From contig JBAUYF010000007.1 in NCBI GenBank assembly GCA_049584655.1, positions 27,288 through 91,287 of the forward strand: a stretch of 64,000 nucleotides of DNA. Direction: 5' to 3'. The DNA comes from Thermoplasmata archaeon. Its GTDB lineage: Archaea > Thermoplasmatota > Thermoplasmata > Lutacidiplasmatales > UBA184. The notes below the pieces were generated by a model that saw only the letters and a list, made by a program, of their open reading frames with translations, had not been told where the DNA came from and made no database searches. Position 1 is the first letter of the stretch. Each line of letters begins with the position of its first letter. Position numbers and translations under genes: made by a program. Below are positions 9,775-18,935 of this stretch, in pieces.

Positions 9775-10185
9775 CTAGCGGAAGTGGCGCGAAACCGCGA
9801 TCAGGTAAATCGCCAGGATCAACGCCACGATGAATCCGAATGTGATGAACGCTCCGGCCAATCCGTAGGACACCATCTCAAAGATCAGGAAGATGAGCGT
9901 AAGGACCAGGGCCCATAGACGCAGATGCCAGAGACCCACCGCGAGGCCGAGAATAATCAGGCCCACGATGAGCACGATCAGCCCGCCAATGACCCCCGAG
10001 AACCCGAAATGCCCGAACAGGTTCCCTCCTCCGTACTTGACCCCAATCGAGGAACCCACGGCCAGGAAGAGGCCCAGCAGGAACACGACGAACCCATAGA
10101 TCCCGATCAACACGGCGAGGATTGCCACGCCCAAAGGTCGGGAGGGCCGGGTCTCGTAGACCGCCGTGGTGGGTTCTGCCGTCAT
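9775..10185 (-). CDS. four-TM membrane protein, paralogue of 31263..31724
   Basis: 136 aa. Shares LW-x3-WAL...E...Y...YL(I/L)AV(S/R)R(H/Y)F C-terminal architecture with the 153-aa protein at 31263..31724. Confidence 0.6.
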   Translation of the reverse strand: MTAEPTTAVYETRPSRPLGVAILAVLIGIYGFVVFLLGLFLAVGSSIGVKYGGGNLFGHFGFSGVIGGLIVLIVGLIILGLAVGLWHLRLWALVLTLIFLIFEMVSYGLAGAFITFGFIVALILAIYLIAVSRHFR

Positions 10186-10350
10186 TGAGTCTTAACCTCT
10201 CGAATCGTTGGGAACCCGAGGGGGCATATGAACCCTCGTTTTGGTGTATATTTCGAAAATCTTGCCGCCGAGCGGGTAATCCGGCCTTCTCTTAGGCGAT
10301 TATGTCAGAGGTTCGGCTTCCAAACCGTCTGTTCGGAGGGATTGTATAGG

Positions 10351-11670
10351 TTATACGTCATGGGCGCGCGACGGAGAGTCAGATCTGACTTTCTGGGCCT
10401 CCGCCGGGGTCGTGATACCTCCGGATGCGGCCGCGATCGCAGCGGAGGTAACATACGAAAGGACGAAAATGGTCGCCATCACCGTAACGATCCCGAGAAG
10501 CTCTACCCCCATCTGCTGAACGGCTGAAATCCCACCCCCGAAGAAGAGGCCATTTGGTAGGTTCGGGAACCCCGACCCTTGGGCGAAAGCATGCTGCGCG
10601 AACAGGGGAATCATGAGAATGCCGAACAGTCCACCGACCAAGTGACCCGGAATCAGGCCGACGGGGTCTGAAAACCATCGGACTCGTGAGACCAGGACCT
10701 CCGCGTAAACAAAGATCGGGCCGCACACCAATCCCAGTATCAGGGCGCTCGCGGGCGATACGAAGCCCGCAAGTGGGGTGATGACGATGAGCCCCATAAG
10801 AGTTCCATTGACGGCCCAGGGGAGGTCCGCTGAGCCGCCCCGGCGGAAGAACTGGACCGCCAATACAGATACCATCCCGGCGGCCGCTGCGATGAAGGTC
10901 GTCAGAACGACTACGATCGCTTCCGAATTGAACTGTAGGACGCTCCCCGGATTGAAGCCAAACCATCCAACCCAGAGAAGAAGGATCGATAGGGCGAGCC
11001 ACCCCGGACGGATAGACAATGGCGTTTGCGGGGAGGTAGTATAGCCTCGAGCTCTCTCTTCTCGCCAGACTTGGGCGAGGATGCCCAGGCCAGCGGCGCC
11101 GGCGGCCCCATGAACGACGAGGCCACCCGCAAAATCAACCATACCGATTTTGGCGAGCCATCCCGTCGGATTCCAGATCCAGGCCGCGGGGATCGTCCAA
11201 ATGATCCCAAAGTAGACCACCGAGTAGATCGCGAACGAGGTCAGCTTGACCTTACGCAACACGACGACGCCTACGAGCGCCAGAGTTACGGATGCGAATG
11301 CCGTTTCGAAGAGGAAGTAGGTCCCCATCGCCAGCCCGGTGCCGAAGTAGGCCGGCTGCATCGACCACCAAGGCGTATCGAAAGCGTTCGAGTAGTTCGG
11401 AGAGAATCCTCCCAGGAGGAGCCCGGGACTGTACACAGGGTTTCCGATGAGCCCCGACAGGGTGGGGGCGAACCCGAGGTTGAACCCCACGATCGCCATG
11501 ACGACGAGGGCGAGCCCGCTCATCAGCAGAGTTTTGAGCAGACTTCGGTCCAAGGATTCCCCTAGCTCACCGACCTCGAGGAAGCCGACCGCAAGGGTCA
11601 TGCAGAAGACCAGGAGCGCCGCGATGAGAACCCAGAGATTGTTGTCTAGGTAGGTCGGGTCGAATAACAT
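10351..11670 (-). CDS. amt: ammonium transporter Amt
   Basis: Typical Amt sequence (DFAGGLVVHGAAGAAGL, WFGFNPGS, 11 TM). Start placed at ATG 11670 (MLFDPTYLDNNLWVLIAALLVF). No glnK/PII gene adjacent. Confidence 0.9.
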   Translation of the reverse strand: MLFDPTYLDNNLWVLIAALLVFCMTLAVGFLEVGELGESLDRSLLKTLLMSGLALVVMAIVGFNLGFAPTLSGLIGNPVYSPGLLLGGFSPNYSNAFDTPWWSMQPAYFGTGLAMGTYFLFETAFASVTLALVGVVVLRKVKLTSFAIYSVVYFGIIWTIPAAWIWNPTGWLAKIGMVDFAGGLVVHGAAGAAGLGILAQVWREERARGYTTSPQTPLSIRPGWLALSILLLWVGWFGFNPGSVLQFNSEAIVVVLTTFIAAAAGMVSVLAVQFFRRGGSADLPWAVNGTLMGLIVITPLAGFVSPASALILGLVCGPIFVYAEVLVSRVRWFSDPVGLIPGHLVGGLFGILMIPLFAQHAFAQGSGFPNLPNGLFFGGGISAVQQMGVELLGIVTVMATIFVLSYVTSAAIAAASGGITTPAEAQKVRSDSPSRAHDV

Positions 11671-11835
11671 CGTTGGATTCCTTGTTCTCGTCGGCTCGAA
11701 GACCGATCCGGGTCCAGACGCCCCGTGAAACACCGAATCGTCCCCTTTTTGAGCCCTCGCTTCGAGGCGAGGGGCCGCACTGCGGCTCTAAGGTTCCGGA
11801 CTGCGGAGCTCGCCGGGGAAAAATATCGGGCCGGC

Positions 11836-12429
11836 TCAGTCGGCCGATGCGTGGATCTGGGAACCCCAAGAGATGAGGGCGATTTCCGCGCCGATTCGCG
11901 GTGCGTCTACTTGCCGTATGCGTTGGAGGAGGTCTTTGCGCGCGGCGGGTGTGAGGACGGTGTCGAGCGTCCGATAGACCTCGTCCTCTCGTCCGTGGTC
12001 CTCCTCGATGCGATCGGCTTCCTTCCGAACCAGGTCGGCCATCTTGAGGGCGTCCGGGCCGGCGGGCGGTTTTCCTTCCTTCATCAACTGTCGGATCTGA
12101 CGCTCGAACTCCTCGGGCTTCCGCTGCTCCTTAGAGCAGCGTTCGAGAAACGCTTCCAGCTCCACTCGGCCGAGCTGGGCCAGCGCATCCTGCACCATGC
12201 GGTCGTTTACGAGGTGGGTTTCGATCAAGTAGCGATGATGTACGTCGAGCAAGCGCTCGATCCGCTTGAGGTCCATGCGCTTCGAGCGTTGAAGCACCTC
12301 GGCCGATTCTCGCAGACGGGCGGCCATCACATAGAGCAAGGTGTGCTGCCGATACATTTCGAGGATCAGGTCATCCTTTGAAAACCCCTCCGGCCCGCGG
12401 TGGGCTTGGGCGGAAGATGAGGCAGGCAC
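11836..12429 (-). CDS. hypothetical all-helical protein (possible hemerythrin-like metal-binding domain)
   Basis: 197 aa, charged and helical, with His/Glu-rich motifs (HHRYLIETH, EEDHGREDE). Family assignment is tentative. Confidence 0.5.
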   Translation of the reverse strand: MPASSSAQAHRGPEGFSKDDLILEMYRQHTLLYVMAARLRESAEVLQRSKRMDLKRIERLLDVHHRYLIETHLVNDRMVQDALAQLGRVELEAFLERCSKEQRKPEEFERQIRQLMKEGKPPAGPDALKMADLVRKEADRIEEDHGREDEVYRTLDTVLTPAARKDLLQRIRQVDAPRIGAEIALISWGSQIHASAD

Positions 12430-12494
12430 GACCGCAATAGGAAATCTGGAGTATTTGGCAAAGAGCTTCGTCGGCGAGAGGCCGGGGTCTCGAC

Positions 12495-13421
12495 CTATAG
12501 CGTGAAATGCGACGTCCGCAGCGATTCGATCTGGTCCGAGATGATGGGCCGACCGAGCCGATCGCGAATTCGCCGACGCTGCCGACGCCGCTGCGCGCGT
12601 ACTGCGGCCGTCCAGGCGGCGACGTCAGGCGCGTCCCGTTCGGGTCGAATCCATTGGATCACCTGATCCAGGTCGTGGAGCTTCCCCAAGTCCCGCTGCA
12701 GTCGGACGAGCTGCTCCTGCGCGTCTACGGGACGAGATGTAGCGAGGGCTTCGCGGAAGAGCCGCATTTCGCGGAGCTCCTTGCGCAAGTCATGCAATCG
12801 AGGGGTCGATACGCGGGCGACGGCTCGGTCGAGCGATCGGGAGACCTCGTCCACGCGTCGGAGGAACTCGGCCTCTGTTTGCAGCATCCAGGACCGCGGG
12901 TCCGAGGCTTCGTGTGCTTCGCGGACCAGACCCCGCAACGCGGCGAACGTCTGATCGTCCGTCAGCGCTTGCGCGAACTTGGCCAGCTTGCGTCGACCGG
13001 CGCGAGCCTCCTTCCTAAGTCGCCCGCGCGCGTTCTGAATGCCCTCGGGGCCGATCGATCGCGAATTTCGAGGGGCTGACGGCAGAACCGAAAGACCGAC
13101 ATCCCGATCACGCACTTGCCCGCACAGTCGAGCAAACGTGTTCACCCGCGCCTGGACCTCCTTCGCGAGCTTTCGCGATTCCGGCGAAATTGAGGCACGC
13201 CAGGGGCGGAACAAGACTGACAGGCGACGCAGGTCCCGGTGCAACACGTGGAGCGGCTCCTCGCCAATGGTGGGACGGATGGCCAATGCCGCCACGCGGG
13301 ACTCGATCGACCCGACCAACGATTCGTACCGTTGGAAGGCGCGTTCTTGATCGTCCGCAGGAATCATGGGAGTTCGCCGACCCCTTTCCCTTTCATTTAA
13401 CTTGCTCTCGAGACTTCTCAA
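12495..13421 (-). CDS. CHAD domain-containing protein
   Basis: 308 aa helical protein with repeated H-x-L/F-R-x-x-L/A-R motifs (LHVLHRDLRRLSVLFR, RLHDLRKELREMRLFREAL) typical of CHAD domains. Confidence 0.6.
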   Translation of the reverse strand: MRSLESKLNERERGRRTPMIPADDQERAFQRYESLVGSIESRVAALAIRPTIGEEPLHVLHRDLRRLSVLFRPWRASISPESRKLAKEVQARVNTFARLCGQVRDRDVGLSVLPSAPRNSRSIGPEGIQNARGRLRKEARAGRRKLAKFAQALTDDQTFAALRGLVREAHEASDPRSWMLQTEAEFLRRVDEVSRSLDRAVARVSTPRLHDLRKELREMRLFREALATSRPVDAQEQLVRLQRDLGKLHDLDQVIQWIRPERDAPDVAAWTAAVRAQRRRQRRRIRDRLGRPIISDQIESLRTSHFTL

Positions 13422-13797
13422 GGCGCAGAGCTGGTCAAATCGTGGTATAACCCCAGCAAGAGAGTTGCGGTAAACTTACCGGACCTCGACGATCGAATGG
13501 CGGATGAACCGAGACGCCGCGCCGTCGACCGATTCGACCAAATTCCTAGTAAAGGTCGCGCCAACTGACGGAAAATTAATCGTGTAGCTCACAGCGCTAC
13601 ATTTGAGGATTGATACTTGTCATGTTGTGCCGTGGCTCGGGGTTAATTGAGCCAATCCGGATTCCACTTTCCCAGTCAGCGTCTTCGCTAAATACCCCTT
13701 CGGAGCTGAACAATCGAGGCAAACCATGGACACGGAGGGAGACAATGCTGCAGATGCAGATAGCCCTGCAGAACGTAGCCATCCGGCGAGCCCATGC

Positions 13798-14055
13798 GGA
13801 CGCTCGCTTCCGCGGTCTTCAGGAGTACCATAACCTGGAGACCCCGCGCGAGGAGTCCTTGTGGCTCGTCGCGCAGGCACGAACCAACCGAACGACGGTG
13901 CCCGCACGGGAATCCGGCGAGTCCCGGTCACTCCGGACTCGGCTTGCGGAGTTCCTCCGCATCGGGGTCTGACACCGAACCTGCCCCTAGGGCACCGTCG
14001 AACCCTTTCCCCCGATTACACCGGGGGAACTACTGAAACCGGCTTAGGAGCGTCC
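13798..14055 (+). ncRNA. candidate structured RNA, possibly RNase P RNA (unconfirmed)
   Basis: Lies in a 620-nt gap with no protein-like frame. A perfect 8-bp closing helix pairs GGACGCUC (13798-13805) with GAGCGUCC (14048-14055). A 10-bp hairpin follows at 13814-13845. GAGGAGUCC resembles CR-I, and ACUGAAACCGGCUUA (14032-14046) resembles CR-V ACAGAAnnCGGCUUA. G-U pairs favour the plus strand. The P4 pairing is imperfect. Confidence 0.35.
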
Positions 14056-14520
14056 TTTCGGAGTCCTCTTTCTCTTCAGACGGGCCTTGGCGGCTCGCTC
14101 CTTACGCTTCTCAGCGGCCGTGGGCCATCGGAAGAGCTCGATCCAATTTCCGTCGGGATCTTTGACGTCCGCCACCCATCCCTGGCTCACTTTGAGGTCG
14201 ACCTCAGTAGGACGCGCCCCGTGACCAAGAAGACGGTGATATTCCGCCTCCAATCGGGCGGCCGAAACACTTCCGAGGAGGAATCCAATGTGATCGAGTC
14301 CCTCCCCTGCAGCGTACGGGGCGGCGAATTTCGACTTGCTCGGGTACCAGTTGAGTTCCAGCCGTTGGTGCGACTTGGGATCCTCTAACAGTACCCAGAT
14401 TCCAGCGCCCCACTTTCTCAAGTCGCCTCGAGTCACCTCCCGCAGTCGAAGTCCTCTCGTGTAGAATCGGAGCGATCGCGCCAGGTTCGTCACTCGGATT
14501 CCGGTGTATCGCAGCGGCAT
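14044..14520 (-). CDS. VOC / glyoxalase family protein with Lys/Arg-rich C-terminal tail
   Basis: IRVTNLARSLRFYTRGLGL-like start, LELNWYP, DHIGFLL and DPDGNWIELF. Paralogue of 645..1055. Tail is AAEKRKERAAKARLKRKRTPKGRS. Confidence 0.8.
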   Translation of the reverse strand: MPLRYTGIRVTNLARSLRFYTRGLRLREVTRGDLRKWGAGIWVLLEDPKSHQRLELNWYPSKSKFAAPYAAGEGLDHIGFLLGSVSAARLEAEYHRLLGHGARPTEVDLKVSQGWVADVKDPDGNWIELFRWPTAAEKRKERAAKARLKRKRTPKGRS

Positions 14521-14808
14521 GGAGGCTCGAACGACTCGCTCAATTCAAGGTTTCCGCCTTAGGCCTGGCGCCCAAATTGGATTCACGAGAGATCCGTGGA
14601 GTTCGCCGGACGCCGCCTGGGAGATGTGTAGGGCATACAGTTCAATTCGCAAACTCCGGGGTGAGTGGGGAATCGAGCTTATGGGAGGTTTTGGCCCATC
14701 TCAGACGACTAGAACCGTTTCTTGTCAACCAGGTCTCCGGCAGCCTCGACATCGTCGCCATTGGAGAGCTAGGTCTATCTTGGTGAAAGTTTTTGATTTT
14801 GTGGGACG

Positions 14809-15144
14809 ATGGAGTTCCAAGCGACGCGCGCCCCGATCCCCGCGGAGGGGATTATCTGCCCCGGGTGTGGGGAGTCGATTCATCGGAAAACCGTCGCCTT
14901 TCAGTTGTCTGGCTTGCCTTTGATCCTCCGCTCCACAATGGGCGAGGCACGATACCACGGCATTGAGTGCCTTCGGGTCGACGCCCGCCGACGTTACCGT
15001 GCCCAGTTCGAGTTCAAGTCGAGCAATCGATTCGGCTGGCAGGCGCATGCGGCTACGAACGATGAGCGGCTCCTCACTCTGAAGCTGCTGTCCGAGTGGG
15101 CCGAGGCGCGCCGGACCGCTGAAACGAAGTTGCCCGCGCAATAA
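14809..15144 (+). CDS. hypothetical small Cys-containing protein (possible TRASH/zinc-binding)
   Basis: 111 aa with CPGCGESIH...YHGIEC and high GC3 in this frame. Competes with antisense ORF 14725..15234. Confidence 0.3.
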   Translation: MEFQATRAPIPAEGIICPGCGESIHRKTVAFQLSGLPLILRSTMGEARYHGIECLRVDARRRYRAQFEFKSSNRFGWQAHAATNDERLLTLKLLSEWAEARRTAETKLPAQ

Positions 15145-15267
15145 CGCCCTCCTCGGATTGTGAACGACCGCCCGCTCCATCGGAGTACGGTCCGCGAGAC
15201 ATCCGCCTAGACTCAAGTAACACTGCGGTCCCACCCCGAGGAGGCGGGGAGTTCACGTTCCAGCGCT

Positions 15268-16098
15268 ATGCCGTTTGTCGATGTCCATGGAGCACGTCTG
15301 TACTACGAGGTCCGGGGCGACGTAGGCGACCCGATCGTACTGGTCCATGGTTCCTGGGTCGACCACACGACCTGGAACCTAGTCGCCCCCCGGCTCTCGG
15401 AGTCATTTCAGTTATTGCTCTACGATCGACGGGGGCATAGTCAGAGCGGGCCTACCAGCGTGCGGGGCACGATCGTCGATGATGCGCTTGATCTTGCGGC
15501 TTTGCTCGAAAGTACCGGATTGTATCCCGCGCATGTGCTTGGTAGCTCCATGGGCGGTTCGGTCGTGCTGCGACTCGCGGAACGTCGGCCCGAATTATTC
15601 CGAAGTCTACTCGTCCACGAACCTCCCGTGTATGACCTCATCCGGAACGATCCGGGTTGGGCAGCCCAAATAGCCGCCCTTCGCGTGGATTTCGAACGAA
15701 TCGCCGACCAAATTCGCCGTGGTCAGATCGAAGAGGGGGCGCGGGATTTCTGGGAGACGTTCGGGGGCCCAGTCGGCAGCTGGGAGCGCCTCAGGCCGGA
15801 GCTCAAGTCGACTTTCACCGCGAACGCTCCGAGCTGGCTCGAAGAATTCGAGGATCCGGGTGCGACCAGCGCCGATCCGGTCGCGCTCAGCGAATTTCTC
15901 ATGCCCGCGTTACTAACGACGGGAGCGAACTCGGTCGCTTGGCAGCAGGAGATTTCGAACCGCTTGGCCGCGCTGTTTCCGAACGTGACCCGTCAAACAC
16001 TACCGAATACCGGTCACTTGCCGCACCTGACCAACCCCGACCTCTTTCTCGGGGTGGTTCAGGCGTTCTGTCTCGAGAGGACGGTTCCCGTCTCGTAA
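15268..16098 (+). CDS. alpha/beta hydrolase fold protein
   Basis: VLVHGSW, YDRRGHSQS and the nucleophile elbow GSSMGG, with a C-terminal GHLPHL catalytic His region. Confidence 0.85.
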   Translation: MPFVDVHGARLYYEVRGDVGDPIVLVHGSWVDHTTWNLVAPRLSESFQLLLYDRRGHSQSGPTSVRGTIVDDALDLAALLESTGLYPAHVLGSSMGGSVVLRLAERRPELFRSLLVHEPPVYDLIRNDPGWAAQIAALRVDFERIADQIRRGQIEEGARDFWETFGGPVGSWERLRPELKSTFTANAPSWLEEFEDPGATSADPVALSEFLMPALLTTGANSVAWQQEISNRLAALFPNVTRQTLPNTGHLPHLTNPDLFLGVVQAFCLERTVPVS

Positions 16099-16131
16099 CA
16101 ACAACAGAACACGCGCGTCGATCGAGGGGGG

Positions 16132-16968
16132 CTAATTCCTGGATTCTGGCTTCGACATTCGAAACTCATCGAGCAGAGGCATGACTCCCTTGCCCAACCA
16201 CTGGCCTCCGTCGACGGCGAGTACTTGGCCGGTAATGTAACTCGCTTTGGGACTCACGAGAAAGCGGACCGCCTCGGCTACTTCATTGGGAGTTCCGAAA
16301 CGGCCCAAGGGGATTCCCGCTTCGACCGATCGAACCGTCGACTCCGAGGTCCAAAGTTGCTGGTCCGTTCCCGCCGTTCGAATCGGACCCGGCGCCACCG
16401 CATTGACCCGAATTCCGTATCGGGCCCACTCGACGGCTAATGTGCGCGTGAGCGCGAGAACTCCCGCCTTCGCGGCGGCCGAGTGAGCCGTCCCGGGTCC
16501 GGCCATCCAAGCATACGAAGCGACGATATTCACGATCGAGGCGCTAGGCGATGTTTTCAAGAGCGGAAATGCGGCCCGGGAGCACAGGAAGGTTCCGTCC
16601 AGCACGATCCCTACGACGGCCCGCCAGCCATTGGGCGTGATCGATTCTGCTGGGGCCACAAAATTTCCGGCGGCGTTGTTGATCAGTAGATCCAGACGGC
16701 CGTACTCCTGTTGGGTAGAGCGGACCATCGACTCCACTTGCTCGGCAATTCGGACGTCGGTCGGGACCTCGAGTACGCGCGCCCCCGCAGAGCGTAGCTG
16801 TCGCGCGCCGACATCAAGATGCTTCGCGGATCGGCTGGCAATGACGAGATCGTAGCCGTCCTGGATCAGCGAAGCGCCGATCGCCAACCCGAGTCCGGTA
16901 CCACCCCCGGTGATGACGGCAACGGGTCGATCTCGAAGTACGTCGGACTGAGGGGCCGGCGCTGGCAC
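16132..16968 (-). CDS. SDR family oxidoreductase (2,4-dienoyl-CoA reductase-like)
   Basis: VAVITGGGTGLGLAI Rossmann motif, NNAAG, and an S...AAKAG catalytic region. Confidence 0.9.
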   Translation of the reverse strand: MPAPAPQSDVLRDRPVAVITGGGTGLGLAIGASLIQDGYDLVIASRSAKHLDVGARQLRSAGARVLEVPTDVRIAEQVESMVRSTQQEYGRLDLLINNAAGNFVAPAESITPNGWRAVVGIVLDGTFLCSRAAFPLLKTSPSASIVNIVASYAWMAGPGTAHSAAAKAGVLALTRTLAVEWARYGIRVNAVAPGPIRTAGTDQQLWTSESTVRSVEAGIPLGRFGTPNEVAEAVRFLVSPKASYITGQVLAVDGGQWLGKGVMPLLDEFRMSKPESRN

Positions 16969-17046
16969 TTCGGTCCGAGACCCGCGACGCCTAAAAACGC
17001 TCCTGCAACGTGCGCTCTAATCCCCCGAGCCAATCACCTAGTCCCG

Positions 17047-17505
17047 ATGTCGTCCGAATCAGCCATCCCCAATCCCGATGCGCTCCGCCTGCGAGAGCGG
17101 CTAGACCTTGCCCTCGAGCGCATCTCGCACCTGCCGGCGTTCGACGGAGTCTACCTCGGTCCATGGTGGGAATTGCCCAGCCTATCTCATCAACTGGGGA
17201 TGGTCGGATGGAAGCGAGCGGTACTTCGACGTGTTGCCGGAGGAGGGGCGGAGCATTGGGGCCATTTGTTCCTGCTCTACTCAGCCGTTGGCCAAACCGC
17301 GGGGGTGGAACCGGAGTCCGATCCCCGAGTGCGATCGCCTCGATACGGCGCCGTACGGAAGGTCGGAGAAATCTCGAAGGTAGCGACGTTCCTGGTCCGA
17401 GCGAGTCACCCGGATGGTTCTCCCTTGCTCGATCTGTTTGCGGAACAGTCGCTGGAGCTTCTGCAGGGCGAAGGGAATTCCTCAACGGTCAGCGAGGTCG
17501 AATGA
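17047..17505 (+). CDS. hypothetical protein
   Basis: Internal ATG of ORF 16819..17505 (MSSESAIPNPDALRLRERL...). The upstream part overlaps the SDR gene antisense and is unlikely to be coding. Confidence 0.45.
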   Translation: MSSESAIPNPDALRLRERLDLALERISHLPAFDGVYLGPWWELPSLSHQLGMVGWKRAVLRRVAGGGAEHWGHLFLLYSAVGQTAGVEPESDPRVRSPRYGAVRKVGEISKVATFLVRASHPDGSPLLDLFAEQSLELLQGEGNSSTVSEVE

Positions 17506-17512
17506 GGAGGAC

Positions 17513-17875
17513 CTAGCGTGTCCCCTTCCCACTTTGCTCCGGGTTGACCGGGCCGGCAAACAACGCGCGAAGGGCCTCCACGTCCTCCGAGCGCAGTCCG
17601 CTCCCCAACACGCCGTCCCACCTACGAATCGGCTCCCCGTTTCGGAAAGCGACCATCGTCGGAACCACATCGATCGAAAAAAGCTCCCAGAGCGGCGAGT
17701 CCGTATCGGTCAAATCGCCGATAGCCGATTGGAAATCCTGTGAGTGTTCGAGAGCCGCGAAAGGCCTCAAAAACGCTCGACAGAACGGACACCAATCCGC
17801 TGAGAAGCAAACTCCCCAACTGCCCTCCCGTCGAAGGCGCTGGCCGTCAAAGTCCGCCGCGCTCAGTCGTTCCAC
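17513..17875 (-). CDS. thioredoxin-fold protein (WCPFC active site)
   Basis: 120 aa. FSADWCPFCRAF is a CxxC redox motif in thioredoxin context, with cis-Pro region VPTMVAF. Confidence 0.75.
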   Translation of the reverse strand: MERLSAADFDGQRLRREGSWGVCFSADWCPFCRAFLRPFAALEHSQDFQSAIGDLTDTDSPLWELFSIDVVPTMVAFRNGEPIRRWDGVLGSGLRSEDVEALRALFAGPVNPEQSGKGTR

Positions 17876-18005
17876 AGCGAGTTATCGCGAACGTCTCCAT
17901 AAGCTCGACCTGGACGCGGGACGACGACGCTCGCAGCCCTGGCCGATGTGGAAGCCACAGGGGAGCGGAGCGGGGGCTCGAGAATCAGCAGGTACTTGAG
18001 CCTCT

Positions 18006-18935
18006 TTGAATTGCATCCCACCGAGGGAATCCGAGATGACTTGGCCCGTTCCGATCGAGCGTAAGACCGAGCGAATGTTTCCGCGTCCGTTATCGGGGCG
18101 GATCGAACGTCATCCCTTTCCCAGCCGAGTCTTGCAAGACAACCCGCTTGGGGATCCGGCAGATCGCGAACTTCCGGTCTATATCCCTCCGTCCGGAAAG
18201 ACCGAGGGCCGTCCGCTTCTGGTCCTTCTCTCCGGTTACACAGGGGCGGGATGGATGCATTTCGAACGGTCCCGATGGTTAAACGAGACGCGTGTCGTCC
18301 TTTTAGACCGCTTGATCCGCGCCGGCCGGTTGGCGGAATCGGTCTTGGTCGCCCCGGACTGTTTGACGACACTCGGAGGCAGTCAGTATCTGAATTCGAC
18401 GGCGACCGGACAATACGAGGATTACCTCGTCCAAGAGATCCTTCCGTGGGTCCGCGAAAAATATCACACCGGACCAATGGGCGTCCTCGGAACTTCCAGC
18501 GGAGGATACGGCGCCTTGGTGATGGGCCTTCGCCACCCCGACCTATTTCCTGCCGTGGCGTCGAATGCCGGAGATTGCTACTTCGAGTACGGTTACTTGC
18601 CCGAGTTTCCCATTGACGCGCGCGAGATCCGACGGTCGGGGGGACCGGATAAGTTCCTCGCCCGAATCTTTGAACAACCCATCAGTGACTTCGGACCAAG
18701 AAACCCACTCGCAATCACGCTCGAGCAGGTGGCCTACGCTTCCTGCTACTCGCCGGTCGAGGCTGAGCCGGGGCGTTTCGACCTTCCGTTTGATCTCGAC
18801 TCGGGGGAGCTCGACCTTCCGGTTTGGGCGCGATGGCTGGCCTGGGATCCGGCCCGGATGATCGAGACGGATCGGTACCGAGAGGCGCTGCGCAAGTTAC
18901 GCTACGTGTACGTAGACGGCGGTACGCGAGACTAG
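18006..18935 (+). CDS. putative esterase (esterase D / enterochelin-esterase-like), terminated by in-frame TAG before the catalytic His region
   Basis: LLVLLSGY and nucleophile elbow GTSSGGYGAL. The reading frame continues in-frame after TAG 18933-18935 for 52 codons to TGA 19092-19094, encoding the expected family C-terminus (see findings). Start may be ATG 18036 or 18075. Confidence 0.75.
   Translation: MNCIPPRESEMTWPVPIERKTERMFPRPLSGRIERHPFPSRVLQDNPLGDPADRELPVYIPPSGKTEGRPLLVLLSGYTGAGWMHFERSRWLNETRVVLLDRLIRAGRLAESVLVAPDCLTTLGGSQYLNSTATGQYEDYLVQEILPWVREKYHTGPMGVLGTSSGGYGALVMGLRHPDLFPAVASNAGDCYFEYGYLPEFPIDAREIRRSGGPDKFLARIFEQPISDFGPRNPLAITLEQVAYASCYSPVEAEPGRFDLPFDLDSGELDLPVWARWLAWDPARMIETDRYREALRKLRYVYVDGGTRD

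Noticed and set aside
11725-12381. 218-aa plus-strand ORF overlapping the 11836..12429 minus-strand gene.
   Set aside because: The minus-strand product is a coherent charged helical protein. The plus-strand translation is its low-complexity mirror, with no start context.
13506-13575. Possible C/D-box sRNA, with GGAUGA as a C-box-like element and CUGA as a D box about 66 nt apart.
   Set aside because: The C box deviates from RUGAUGA, no convincing internal C'/D' boxes or terminal stem were found, and the spacing is long. The support is too weak to call.
13798-14055. SRP (7S) RNA on the minus strand, suggested by a UGUAAU sequence (minus strand near 14011-14016) and GGAA-containing hairpins.
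   Set aside because: The UGUAAU sits inside a hairpin loop closed by CCCCCG/CGGGGG, not between helices 3 and 4 as in the SRP Alu domain. The helix-8 GGAA/AGCA context does not fit. The G-U pairs seen on the plus strand would become A-C mismatches on the minus strand.
18933-18935. Pyrrolysine or a genome-wide TAG reassignment as the explanation for the in-frame TAG in the esterase gene.
   Set aside because: TAG terminates several well-supported neighbouring genes at positions consistent with family lengths: 645..1055, nuoK, the HAD gene, the RHH gene and the 54-aa ORF. No pyl genes are in the window. A local nonsense mutation or error, or site-specific readthrough, is more parsimonious; this is kept as a finding.
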